A DNA stretch of 37,093 bases, taken from positions 1-37,093 of the forward strand of contig CAZEKY010000003.1 of NCBI GenBank assembly GCA_964512875.1, in the 5' to 3' direction. Positions 8,860-16,445 of the stretch are shown piece by piece. Origin of the DNA: an uncultured Gammaproteobacteria bacterium. GTDB lineage: Bacteria > Patescibacteriota > Microgenomatia > UBA12405. The notes beneath the pieces were generated by a model. That model did not search any database. It was not told the origin of the DNA and saw only the letters and a program-made list of their open reading frames with translations. The translations under genes were made by a program, and so were the position numbers. Every line of letters starts with the position of its first letter. Positions within the stretch are counted from its first letter, which is position 1.

Positions 8860-10836
8860 ATGAAAAAATTATTGATAGTAGAATCTCCGACAAAAGCAAG
8901 AACAATTAGTAAGTATTTGGGTGAAAATTATAAAGTGGTGGCAACTATTGGTCACATCCGTGATTTACCAACAAATAAGATGGCGGTAGATTTAAAAAGT
9001 TTTGAAGTAGAGTATGTAATTGATTCTAAGAAAAAAAAGGTGGTTGATGAGTTAATTAGTCTTTCTAAAAAAGCAGACCAAATTTTATTGGCCTCTGATC
9101 CTGATAGGGAAGGTGAAGCAATTTCTTGGCATGTAAAATGGATTTTGCTTAATAGTAAAAAAGCGGTTTCGGAAAAAATAATATCAAGAATTACTTTTCA
9201 TGAAATAACAAAGGAAGCGGTTGAAGAAGCAATAAATAATTCTCGAGAAATTGATATGAATCTAGTTAATGCCCAACAAGGAAGAAGAGTTTTAGACAGA
9301 GTGGTGGGATATAGCTTGTCACCACTATTGTGGAAAAAGGTGAGAAGAGGGTTATCTGCTGGACGAGTACAATCTGTGGCTGTTAGGTTAATTTGTGAAA
9401 GAGAAAAGGAAATAGAAGCTTTTAAAAAAGAAAAATATTTTTCTATTTATAGTGAGGTTAAAAAAAATAATCAAAAATTTCAAGCTGAACTAATTAAAAT
9501 TGATGATAAGAAAATTTATAAAATAGAAAGATTAAAACTATTTGATGGTGATTATTCTTATACTAGTTCTTGTTTTAATAAAAAAGAAGATGTTGATAGT
9601 TATATCAAAAGCCTGGATAAAACTTTTTTGGTAACAAAGGTGGGAGAAAAAGAGGCCCTGAGATCACCACTTCCTGCTTTTACTACTTCTAAGTTACAAC
9701 AGGCTGCTTCAAGAAAAATGGGCTGGTCAGGAAAACAAACGATGAGTGTGGCTCAAAAATTATATGAAAAAGGGTTAATCACTTATCACAGAACCGACTC
9801 GGTTTATTTATCCGATAAAGCAATTGTTGAATTTAGAAAATTTATCGAAGAGAAATATGGTGTTAAGTATTTATCTCCCAAAATTAGAATTTTTAAAAAT
9901 ACTGCCAAAAATGCTCAAGAAGCTCATGAAGCAATTAGACCGACTAAGGCGTCCTTGGCAAGCATTAATGATAGTGATATTAGAGAAAACAAGTTATATG
10001 AAATGATTTGGAAAAGAGCGGTTTCGACTCAGGCGGCATCAGCATTAACTAAAAACACAACTATTTTATTAACTAATAAAAATGGGCTTTTTGAATCTAA
10101 AGGGGTTAGAATGTTATTTGATGGATTTTTAGCAATAACTGGAGATAAACACGAAGATCAGTTGTTACCTGAAATAAAAGAGGGAGATGTTCTTTCTAGT
10201 AAAAAGTTTATAAGTAAAGAAACAGAAACAAATTCAATGCCAAGATATAGCGATGCTAGTTTGGTTTCGAGCCTAGAAAAACAGGGAATTGGTCGTCCAA
10301 GTACCTACGCTCCGATTATTTCAACAATTTTATTAAGGCAATATGTGGAAAGAGATGAGGGAAAATTTAAGCCAACAGTTTTGGGTAAGGCAACAAATGA
10401 GTTTTTAGTTAAAAATTTTAAAGACATCCTGTCTTTACCATTTACAGCTGAAATGGAGGAAGAGTTGGACAAGGTGTCGTTGGGTAAAACTGATTGGAAA
10501 AAAACGTTAAAAATATTTTGGAGCAAATTTAGCAAAGAATTAAAAAGGGGAGAAAGCAATAGTGAAAGGGTCAAGGTTGAAGTGGAAAAAACCGGAGAAA
10601 AATGTCCAGAATGTAAAAGTGGTAACCTGGTTATTAGACTTGGAAGGTTTGGTAAATTTCTTTCTTGTGATCGTTTTCCTGAGTGTAAATATACCAAACC
10701 ATATCAAGAGAACGCTGGTTTTAAGTGTCCGGAGTGTGGAGCAGAAGGAGTAGTCAGAAAAACAAAAACAGGTAGAAAATTTTATGGTTGTTCAAAATAT
10801 CCAGAGTGTAAGTGGGCAGCTTGGAAAAAACCTTAA
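8860..10836 (+). CDS. topA: DNA topoisomerase I
   Basis: It has a TOPRIM N-terminus (LLIVESPTKARTI, SDPDREGEA) and the active-site region ITYHRTDS. Two C-terminal C4 zinc ribbons are present (CPECKSG..CDRFPEC and CPECGAE..CSKYPEC). Confidence 0.92.
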   Translation: MKKLLIVESPTKARTISKYLGENYKVVATIGHIRDLPTNKMAVDLKSFEVEYVIDSKKKKVVDELISLSKKADQILLASDPDREGEAISWHVKWILLNSKKAVSEKIISRITFHEITKEAVEEAINNSREIDMNLVNAQQGRRVLDRVVGYSLSPLLWKKVRRGLSAGRVQSVAVRLICEREKEIEAFKKEKYFSIYSEVKKNNQKFQAELIKIDDKKIYKIERLKLFDGDYSYTSSCFNKKEDVDSYIKSLDKTFLVTKVGEKEALRSPLPAFTTSKLQQAASRKMGWSGKQTMSVAQKLYEKGLITYHRTDSVYLSDKAIVEFRKFIEEKYGVKYLSPKIRIFKNTAKNAQEAHEAIRPTKASLASINDSDIRENKLYEMIWKRAVSTQAASALTKNTTILLTNKNGLFESKGVRMLFDGFLAITGDKHEDQLLPEIKEGDVLSSKKFISKETETNSMPRYSDASLVSSLEKQGIGRPSTYAPIISTILLRQYVERDEGKFKPTVLGKATNEFLVKNFKDILSLPFTAEMEEELDKVSLGKTDWKKTLKIFWSKFSKELKRGESNSERVKVEVEKTGEKCPECKSGNLVIRLGRFGKFLSCDRFPECKYTKPYQENAGFKCPECGAEGVVRKTKTGRKFYGCSKYPECKWAAWKKP

Positions 10837-10845
10837 GCTTTTATT

Positions 10846-13014
10846 TTAGATTTTCTTTCCCCATCTTTGCTGTGAGTTAGAAATGACTTTGTTTCTCTGT
10901 TGATTCTTACAGGATAAGGGAGCTAAAGTGTTGGCATAAAATGGTCTGGTAGTTTCTGAATCAATGGAAAGTTTTGATACTATTTGATATTTTCCAATCT
11001 TAATTAAGTCTTCAGGGGGAAATTCTGGCCCAAATTCTTTAGCTAGAATATAAGCATCCTGATTGCCAACAACAAAAGACATGATTGATCCAACATTTCC
11101 TAGGATGGCATCCTGAATCGGCTTGTCTAATTGAGACATGTATTGATTGGCAACAATTAGATTTAATTTAAACTTTCTTGCTTCTGAAAGAATTTTTATG
11201 AAAGCTTCAGTGGCAAAGTTTTGAAATTCATCGACATAGAGATAAAAATCAGCTCTTTCTTCAACAGACTGGAAAACGCGATTCATGGCTGAAAGTTGAA
11301 TTTGAGTAATTAACATGGCTCCAAGTAAGGCTGAGTTATCTTCTCCAAGTTTTCCTGAGGATAAATCGGCAATTAATATTTTTTTCTGATCCATAATATC
11401 TTGAATTCGAACTTTTGATTGTGGGTGAGCAATAGTATTTCGGATTTTGGTAGATGATAAAAATTGTCCAACTTTATTTAAAATAGGGGAGACGGCCTCA
11501 TTTTGAAATTTAGGGTCCATTCTGTCAAATTCATTTCTCCAGAAATTGATTAATGTTTGATTCGTTAACTTGGATACGGCTTGATTTCGGAAATTTTTGT
11601 TAGTTAAAATCTCAACAATGTGGGTCATGTCTGAGTTGGGAGTGTTAACTAAGGTTAAAACGGCATTTCTTAAAATATGTTCAAGGCGAGGACCCCAAGA
11701 AACATTTCCATATAATTTTTTAAAGATAGAAAGCACACCAGAAGCAATTAATTCTTTTTGAGATTCATTGCTGGCTTCTAAAACATTGAGAGGATAGGCG
11801 TATTCTGGATCAGCTGGATTAAAATAACAACAATCGTTGATTCTATTTGATGGAATGTAATCCAAAATGGTGTTACACAAGTCTCCGTGAGGATCGATAA
11901 CAGCAACACCTCTTCCTTTGCGAATATCATCAATGGCCATATTGGCAATAAGGGTGGTTTTACCAGTACCTGATTTACCGATGATATAGGTGTGACGACG
12001 TCGATCTTCACCTTCTTTTATGCCAAAAATGCAATCTTTGTTTCTAAATTCTGTTTTGGCAAAAAAAGTAATTTTATTTTTTTCTTCAAGTGTAAGACCA
12101 TCAGCAACTGGTAAATTTTCAGGAGGATCAGAATAAAGCTTTTTACCCCAAGCTATATTTGGCAACTTAGTATTTAAATTTGGAAAATGCCAAACAGCAG
12201 CCAATTCTTCGGTATTAAAAATTTGATTTTTAAGTTTAGAATTAAAATTACGATTATAAATTGAAGTTAAGAGATTTTTTTTATTAAAAAATCCATAAGG
12301 AAAGTTTTTAATAAAATTTCCTCTGGGATTGGTATAAGCACCAAAAGAAGAAGAGACAGAAGTAATTAAGCCAGGGTTATTACTTAATAAATTAATTTGA
12401 GTTGACAAGCCAGGGAATTGAATTTTTTGTTCAAAAATACTTTTATCTGGATGTGCAATTCGAATATTTTTTTCTCGATCAACTACAATTCCTTCTTGGA
12501 TAGTGTTTAAAATATTATTTTGCCAATTTTTAGGAGCAGAACTTAATAAAATTTGAAAAAGGAAAAAGTCTTTTGACTCATTAGATCTTGAGAGGGGAGC
12601 TAAAACAGAAGTTAAAGGATCGGTATCTTTAAAATCCTTGGCCGTTTTAACTGGATAACTCGAAGACCTGCCAAAACCAAGCTGAGTGTAACTTATGCCT
12701 AGTTGAGGATCTAGTTCACCAAGATAATCTGGAGATTCTTTCAGAATGGCAGTTGAATATTGGGCTAAAAATTGAGAACGAAGAAATTCTTTGTTTGATG
12801 ATTGGGTTGCAAGATAAAAATGAATTTGGCCTTCTTTTAAGACTATTTCTAATGAAACAATAGTATTTTTCTTACCAATTAATTTTTCAAAAAAAGAAAG
12901 ACTTGCTCCTCCTTGAGTAAAATTAGACAACAAAGCTGACATTGACTCAAAAGTATATTCATTATTTTGAGGCAATCTTACTTCAAAAATCGAAAGAAGA
13001 GGAATGTCGGGCAT
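10846..13014 (-). CDS. VirD4/TraD/TrwB-like (type IV coupling protein-like) P-loop ATPase with unassigned N-terminal half
   Basis: Walker A is IIGKSGTGKTTL, followed by VIDPHGDL, with Walker B in LYVDEFQNFAT and ARKFKLNLIVANQYMSQL. The first ~330 aa match no family I recognise. There are no TM segments. Confidence 0.65.
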   Translation of the reverse strand: MPDIPLLSIFEVRLPQNNEYTFESMSALLSNFTQGGASLSFFEKLIGKKNTIVSLEIVLKEGQIHFYLATQSSNKEFLRSQFLAQYSTAILKESPDYLGELDPQLGISYTQLGFGRSSSYPVKTAKDFKDTDPLTSVLAPLSRSNESKDFFLFQILLSSAPKNWQNNILNTIQEGIVVDREKNIRIAHPDKSIFEQKIQFPGLSTQINLLSNNPGLITSVSSSFGAYTNPRGNFIKNFPYGFFNKKNLLTSIYNRNFNSKLKNQIFNTEELAAVWHFPNLNTKLPNIAWGKKLYSDPPENLPVADGLTLEEKNKITFFAKTEFRNKDCIFGIKEGEDRRRHTYIIGKSGTGKTTLIANMAIDDIRKGRGVAVIDPHGDLCNTILDYIPSNRINDCCYFNPADPEYAYPLNVLEASNESQKELIASGVLSIFKKLYGNVSWGPRLEHILRNAVLTLVNTPNSDMTHIVEILTNKNFRNQAVSKLTNQTLINFWRNEFDRMDPKFQNEAVSPILNKVGQFLSSTKIRNTIAHPQSKVRIQDIMDQKKILIADLSSGKLGEDNSALLGAMLITQIQLSAMNRVFQSVEERADFYLYVDEFQNFATEAFIKILSEARKFKLNLIVANQYMSQLDKPIQDAILGNVGSIMSFVVGNQDAYILAKEFGPEFPPEDLIKIGKYQIVSKLSIDSETTRPFYANTLAPLSCKNQQRNKVISNSQQRWGKKI

Positions 13015-13166
13015 TAATTTAATTCTAACAATATTTTAACTAAAATGAGAAAGAAGTAAAAATAAGACTTGTGACATATTTTGAGCAATAATTATAGTAT
13101 AGTCCTACAATTGGTGTCTTTTGGGTTTCTTTTTCTGATTTTTACTTTTTATTTTACTGCGTAGTG

Positions 13167-13175
13167 TGATATACT
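13167..13175 (+). promoter_or_regulatory. candidate extended -10 promoter (TGaTATACT) for rpsB-tsf
   Basis: The motif lies 87 nt upstream of ATG 13263. A purine-rich AAGGAA precedes that start. Confidence 0.3.
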
Positions 13176-13262
13176 TTCCAAGTTAATATTTTTGAAATTT
13201 TTAGCATTAAAGATCCTGGGTAAAAATCCCTTTGCTAAAAAAAACAAATAAGGAAAAACAAA

Positions 13263-14180
13263 ATGATCAAGAAAAAAAAAGTTTTGACAAAAACTGTTAA
13301 CCGAAGCGGAAAATCTTTGGTTAAAAAAGCTTTAGTAGTAAAGAGTAAAACTCAAAGTAATATTACTACTGAAAATATTAAAAAAATGAACGAAAAGGTG
13401 GCCGCTGAAAAATCTGCAGCTGCAAAAGTGTTGGCAGATAAGGCAAATGGAATTGAGACTGATAAAAAAGAAACGGTAAAAGAAGATAAAAAATATAATT
13501 TAACTATTGGATTAAAAGATTTGTTATCTGCGGGTAGTCACTTAGGCCATAAAATTTCTAAAACTCATCCAAAGGCTTTGGACAATGTCTTTACTCAAAA
13601 AGATGGAGTTCAAGTTTTTGATTTAGTAAAAAGCATTTCATCTTTAGAAAAAGCATGTAATTTCATCTACAACGCAAAAAGAAATGGAAAACAAATTGTC
13701 TTGCTTGGAACCAAAAGACAGGCTCGTGAAGTGGTTAGAAGAGTTGCTCTAGATGCTGGTGTTCCATATGTTACAGACAGATGGTTAGGCGGCACAATCA
13801 CAAACTGGGAACAAATCAAGAAAAACATTAAAAAACTTACCGATCTTAAAGACGGAATTGCAAAAGGAAAATTTATTGATGCTACTAAAAAAGAGTTATC
13901 AGAAATGAATAAAGAGATTTCGAGATTAGAAAAAATTGTTGGAGGCTTGGTTACTATTGATAAATTCTTTGATATTTTATTTGTGGTGGATGCAGGATTT
14001 GAAAAAACAGCAGTTAAAGAGGCTGTTTTGAAAAATGTAAAAACCGTTGGAATCGTTGATAGTGATTCTAATCCAAATAAAATTGATTATGCTATTCCAG
14101 CTAATGACGATAGTGTTAAAAGCGTGACTTTAATTGTTGAAGAAATAGGAAAAGCAATTAAGGCAGCTGGTGTTAAATAA
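13263..14180 (+). CDS. rpsB: 30S ribosomal protein S2 with Lys/Ala-rich N-terminal extension
   Basis: The S2 core begins near residue 80 (LKDLLSAGSHLGHKISKTHPK) and continues through LLGTKRQA, TDRWLGGTITNW and VVDAGFEKTAVKEA. Residues 1-78 are an extra basic tail. Confidence 0.9.
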   Translation: MIKKKKVLTKTVNRSGKSLVKKALVVKSKTQSNITTENIKKMNEKVAAEKSAAAKVLADKANGIETDKKETVKEDKKYNLTIGLKDLLSAGSHLGHKISKTHPKALDNVFTQKDGVQVFDLVKSISSLEKACNFIYNAKRNGKQIVLLGTKRQAREVVRRVALDAGVPYVTDRWLGGTITNWEQIKKNIKKLTDLKDGIAKGKFIDATKKELSEMNKEISRLEKIVGGLVTIDKFFDILFVVDAGFEKTAVKEAVLKNVKTVGIVDSDSNPNKIDYAIPANDDSVKSVTLIVEEIGKAIKAAGVK

Positions 14181-14199
14181 TTTATAAAAACATAAAATT

Positions 14200-14658
14200 A
14201 TGGATCAAAAAAAAATAATAGAATTAGTTAAAAAAATTAGAGCTGAAAGCGGTTTGGGGATAATGGAAATTAAATCTGCTTTAGAAGAGGTTGGGGGAGA
14301 TGAGGCTAAGGCTAAAGAGCTTTTGAAAGAAAAAGGTTTTAAAAAAGCAGAAAGTAAAGCTGAAAGAGAAACACATCAGGGAAGAGTGGCTACTTATACC
14401 CACTCTACCGGTAAAATTGGCGTAATAGCCCAAGTTTTGTGTGAAACTGATTTTGTAGCCAAACATGAAGATTTTGTTGAGTTTACAAAAGACTTGTGTC
14501 TTCAGGTTGCAGCCATGAATCCTGAAAATGTGGAAATTTTAATGAAACAAGAATTTATTAAAGATACTAGTAAAACTTTGGAAGACATGTTCAAAGCTTT
14601 AATTGCAAAATTTGGTGAAAACATGAAAGTAACTAAATTTGAAAGATTTGAGATTTAA
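14200..14658 (+). CDS. tsf: elongation factor Ts (short form)
   Basis: It has a UBA-like N-terminus (VKKIRAESGLGIMEIKSALEEVGGDEAKAKELLKEKG) and the core motif CETDFVAKHEDF. At 152 aa it is short. Confidence 0.85.
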   Translation: MDQKKIIELVKKIRAESGLGIMEIKSALEEVGGDEAKAKELLKEKGFKKAESKAERETHQGRVATYTHSTGKIGVIAQVLCETDFVAKHEDFVEFTKDLCLQVAAMNPENVEILMKQEFIKDTSKTLEDMFKALIAKFGENMKVTKFERFEI

Positions 14659-14674
14659 TTTTATTTGCTAAAGT

Positions 14675-14704
14675 AAAACCCTCCGCTTTTGGAGGGTTTT
14701 TTGT
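14675..14704 (+). terminator. Rho-independent terminator after tsf
   Basis: The stem is CCCTCC (14679-14684) and GGAGGG (14691-14696) with loop GCTTTT. It is followed by TTTTTTGTT. Confidence 0.7.
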
Positions 14705-14743
14705 TGAAAAAATTTAAAACAAGCACTAATCTCAATTTAGTTT

Positions 14744-14752
14744 TGGTATAAT
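14744..14752 (+). promoter_or_regulatory. perfect extended -10 promoter (TGgTATAAT), 7 nt before the frr ATG
   Basis: The motif was read directly. The gap CTTTCAT has no Shine-Dalgarno sequence, which implies a leaderless frr transcript. Confidence 0.5.
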
Positions 14753-14759
14753 CTTTCAT

Positions 14760-15311
14760 ATGATGAATTTTGATGACTTAAAAAATAGAATGGAAAAAAT
14801 AGTTGCTTTGTTTTCTAATGATATTGCCTCGATAAGAACAGGAAGAGCAACTCCGGGTTTAATTGAAAATGTGGTTGTTAGTGTTTATGGTGGACAAAAA
14901 ATGAGACTGATTGAATTAGGGTCAATTGGTGTTCCAGATGTAAGAAGCTTAACTTTTGAACCTTGGGATCAAACTTTAATTAGAGAAATTAGTAATGGAA
15001 TTGAGGCGGCAAATATTGGAATGATGCCAGCAGTAGATGGAACAATAATTAGAATGAGTTTACCAATGTTAACAATGGAACAAAGAGAAGATTATATAAA
15101 ACTTTTAGGTAGAAAACTTGAAGGAGCCAGAGTTATGATTAGAGACGCCAGAGGGGATTTTCGTTCTGACTTACAAAGATCTAAGCAAGAGAAAACAATT
15201 TCTGAGGATCAATTTAAAAAAGATGAAGTTGAATTGCAAAAAATAACTGATCTTTATATTTCTAAACTTGAAGGATTGTCTGAGAAAAAAGAAGTCGAGA
15301 TAAGAGGCTAG
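14760..15311 (+). CDS. frr: ribosome recycling factor
   Basis: The protein matches RRF over its full length: IRTGRATPGLIENVVV, IEAANIGMMP and IRDARGDF. Confidence 0.92.
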   Translation: MMNFDDLKNRMEKIVALFSNDIASIRTGRATPGLIENVVVSVYGGQKMRLIELGSIGVPDVRSLTFEPWDQTLIREISNGIEAANIGMMPAVDGTIIRMSLPMLTMEQREDYIKLLGRKLEGARVMIRDARGDFRSDLQRSKQEKTISEDQFKKDEVELQKITDLYISKLEGLSEKKEVEIRG

Positions 15312-15331
15312 GCTTTTGTTAAAATTGGATC

Positions 15332-16369
15332 ATGAATCTTTTAATTTTTTTTCTTTCTTTGTCTGTTTTGGTTTTAGTTCATGAATTTGGGCATATGTTT
15401 GCAGCAAAAATTTCTGGAGTTAAAGTTGAAGAGTTTGGACTAGGCTTACCTCCAAGAATTATTGGAAAAAAATTTGGAGATACTATATATAGTATAAATT
15501 GGTTGATGATAGGTGGATTTTGTAAGCTTTATGGTGAAGATGGGGACGGGAAGGGAAATGTAGCTTTTAATAATAAAAATCCTTGGCAAAAACTTCTAAT
15601 CGTCTGTGGGGGTGTATTAATGAACGTTGTTTTGGCGGTGCTAATTTTTAGTATAGTTTATTCGATCTTGGGAGTGCCTAAAGAAACAGAAAAAGTAAAA
15701 ATAATTGGAGTTTCAAAAAATTCACCGGCCGATATGGCAGGTTTGAAGGAAGAAGACATTATTATAAAAGTGGCCGAGATGTCTGTTAAAAATCCTGCTG
15801 ATTTGACAAAAGAAATTTCTTCTTACAAAGGTAAAAAAGTAGCACTAACTGTCAATAATCTTGAAAATGTGGTGGAAATAGAAGTAAGAGAAAATCCACC
15901 GGAAGGAGAAGGTTCTATTGGAGTGGTTATCTCTAACACTGAAATGATAAAAGCTCCTTGGTACCGCTTTTATGAAGGGGTTGGTGCTGGTTTTAAAGAA
16001 GCCTATTTTTGGGGAAAGATAATCTTTAAAGGTGTTTTTGACATGATTGCTGGGCTTTTTAAGGGGCAAATTCCAAAAGATGTTAGTGGTCCGATAGGTA
16101 TGTTTGAGGCTACTAGCTCAATTAAAGAAAAGCAGGGGTTGTTGGCGGTCATTCATTTCTTTGGAATAGTTTCAGTTAATTTAGCAATAGTAAACATGTT
16201 GCCATTTCCAGCCTTGGATGGAGGAAGAATTGTTTTTGTGCTGTATGAAATAATTTTTAGAAGAAAAGTAAATCAAAAAATTGAAATGATAGTGAACAAT
16301 ATTGGAATGCTGTTGCTTTTAACTTTGATTTTAATGATAACGATTGGAGATATTAAGAGGTTTTTCTAA
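15332..16369 (+). CDS. rseP: RseP-type M50 site-2 metalloprotease with PDZ domain
   Basis: It has HEFGHMF, an internal PDZ domain (SPADMAGLKEEDIIIKV) and NMLPFPALDGGRI. Confidence 0.85.
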   Translation: MNLLIFFLSLSVLVLVHEFGHMFAAKISGVKVEEFGLGLPPRIIGKKFGDTIYSINWLMIGGFCKLYGEDGDGKGNVAFNNKNPWQKLLIVCGGVLMNVVLAVLIFSIVYSILGVPKETEKVKIIGVSKNSPADMAGLKEEDIIIKVAEMSVKNPADLTKEISSYKGKKVALTVNNLENVVEIEVRENPPEGEGSIGVVISNTEMIKAPWYRFYEGVGAGFKEAYFWGKIIFKGVFDMIAGLFKGQIPKDVSGPIGMFEATSSIKEKQGLLAVIHFFGIVSVNLAIVNMLPFPALDGGRIVFVLYEIIFRRKVNQKIEMIVNNIGMLLLLTLILMITIGDIKRFF

Positions 16370-16390
16370 ATAAAAATACAGATCTGCAGA

Positions 16391-16419
16391 TTGACAGTGA
16401 CCATTAAAAGTGTTTAACT
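16391..16419 (+). promoter_or_regulatory. candidate promoter (TTGACA-17 bp-TGtTTAACT) for the surface-protein operon
   Basis: A consensus -35 TTGACA is at 16391-16396. A TG-extended weak -10 is at 16411-16419. The site lies about 27 nt upstream of ATG 16446. Confidence 0.35.
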
Positions 16420-16445
16420 TTTTTATAAGATATTTTAAATAAAAA

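Noticed and set aside
10846-13014. Integrated conjugative element or plasmid remnant around the coupling-protein-like ATPase
   Set aside because: No relaxase, VirB4, integrase, transposase, direct repeats or tRNA-adjacent boundary was found. The flanks are topA and rpsB with normal spacing. The possibility is kept only as a question in the findings.
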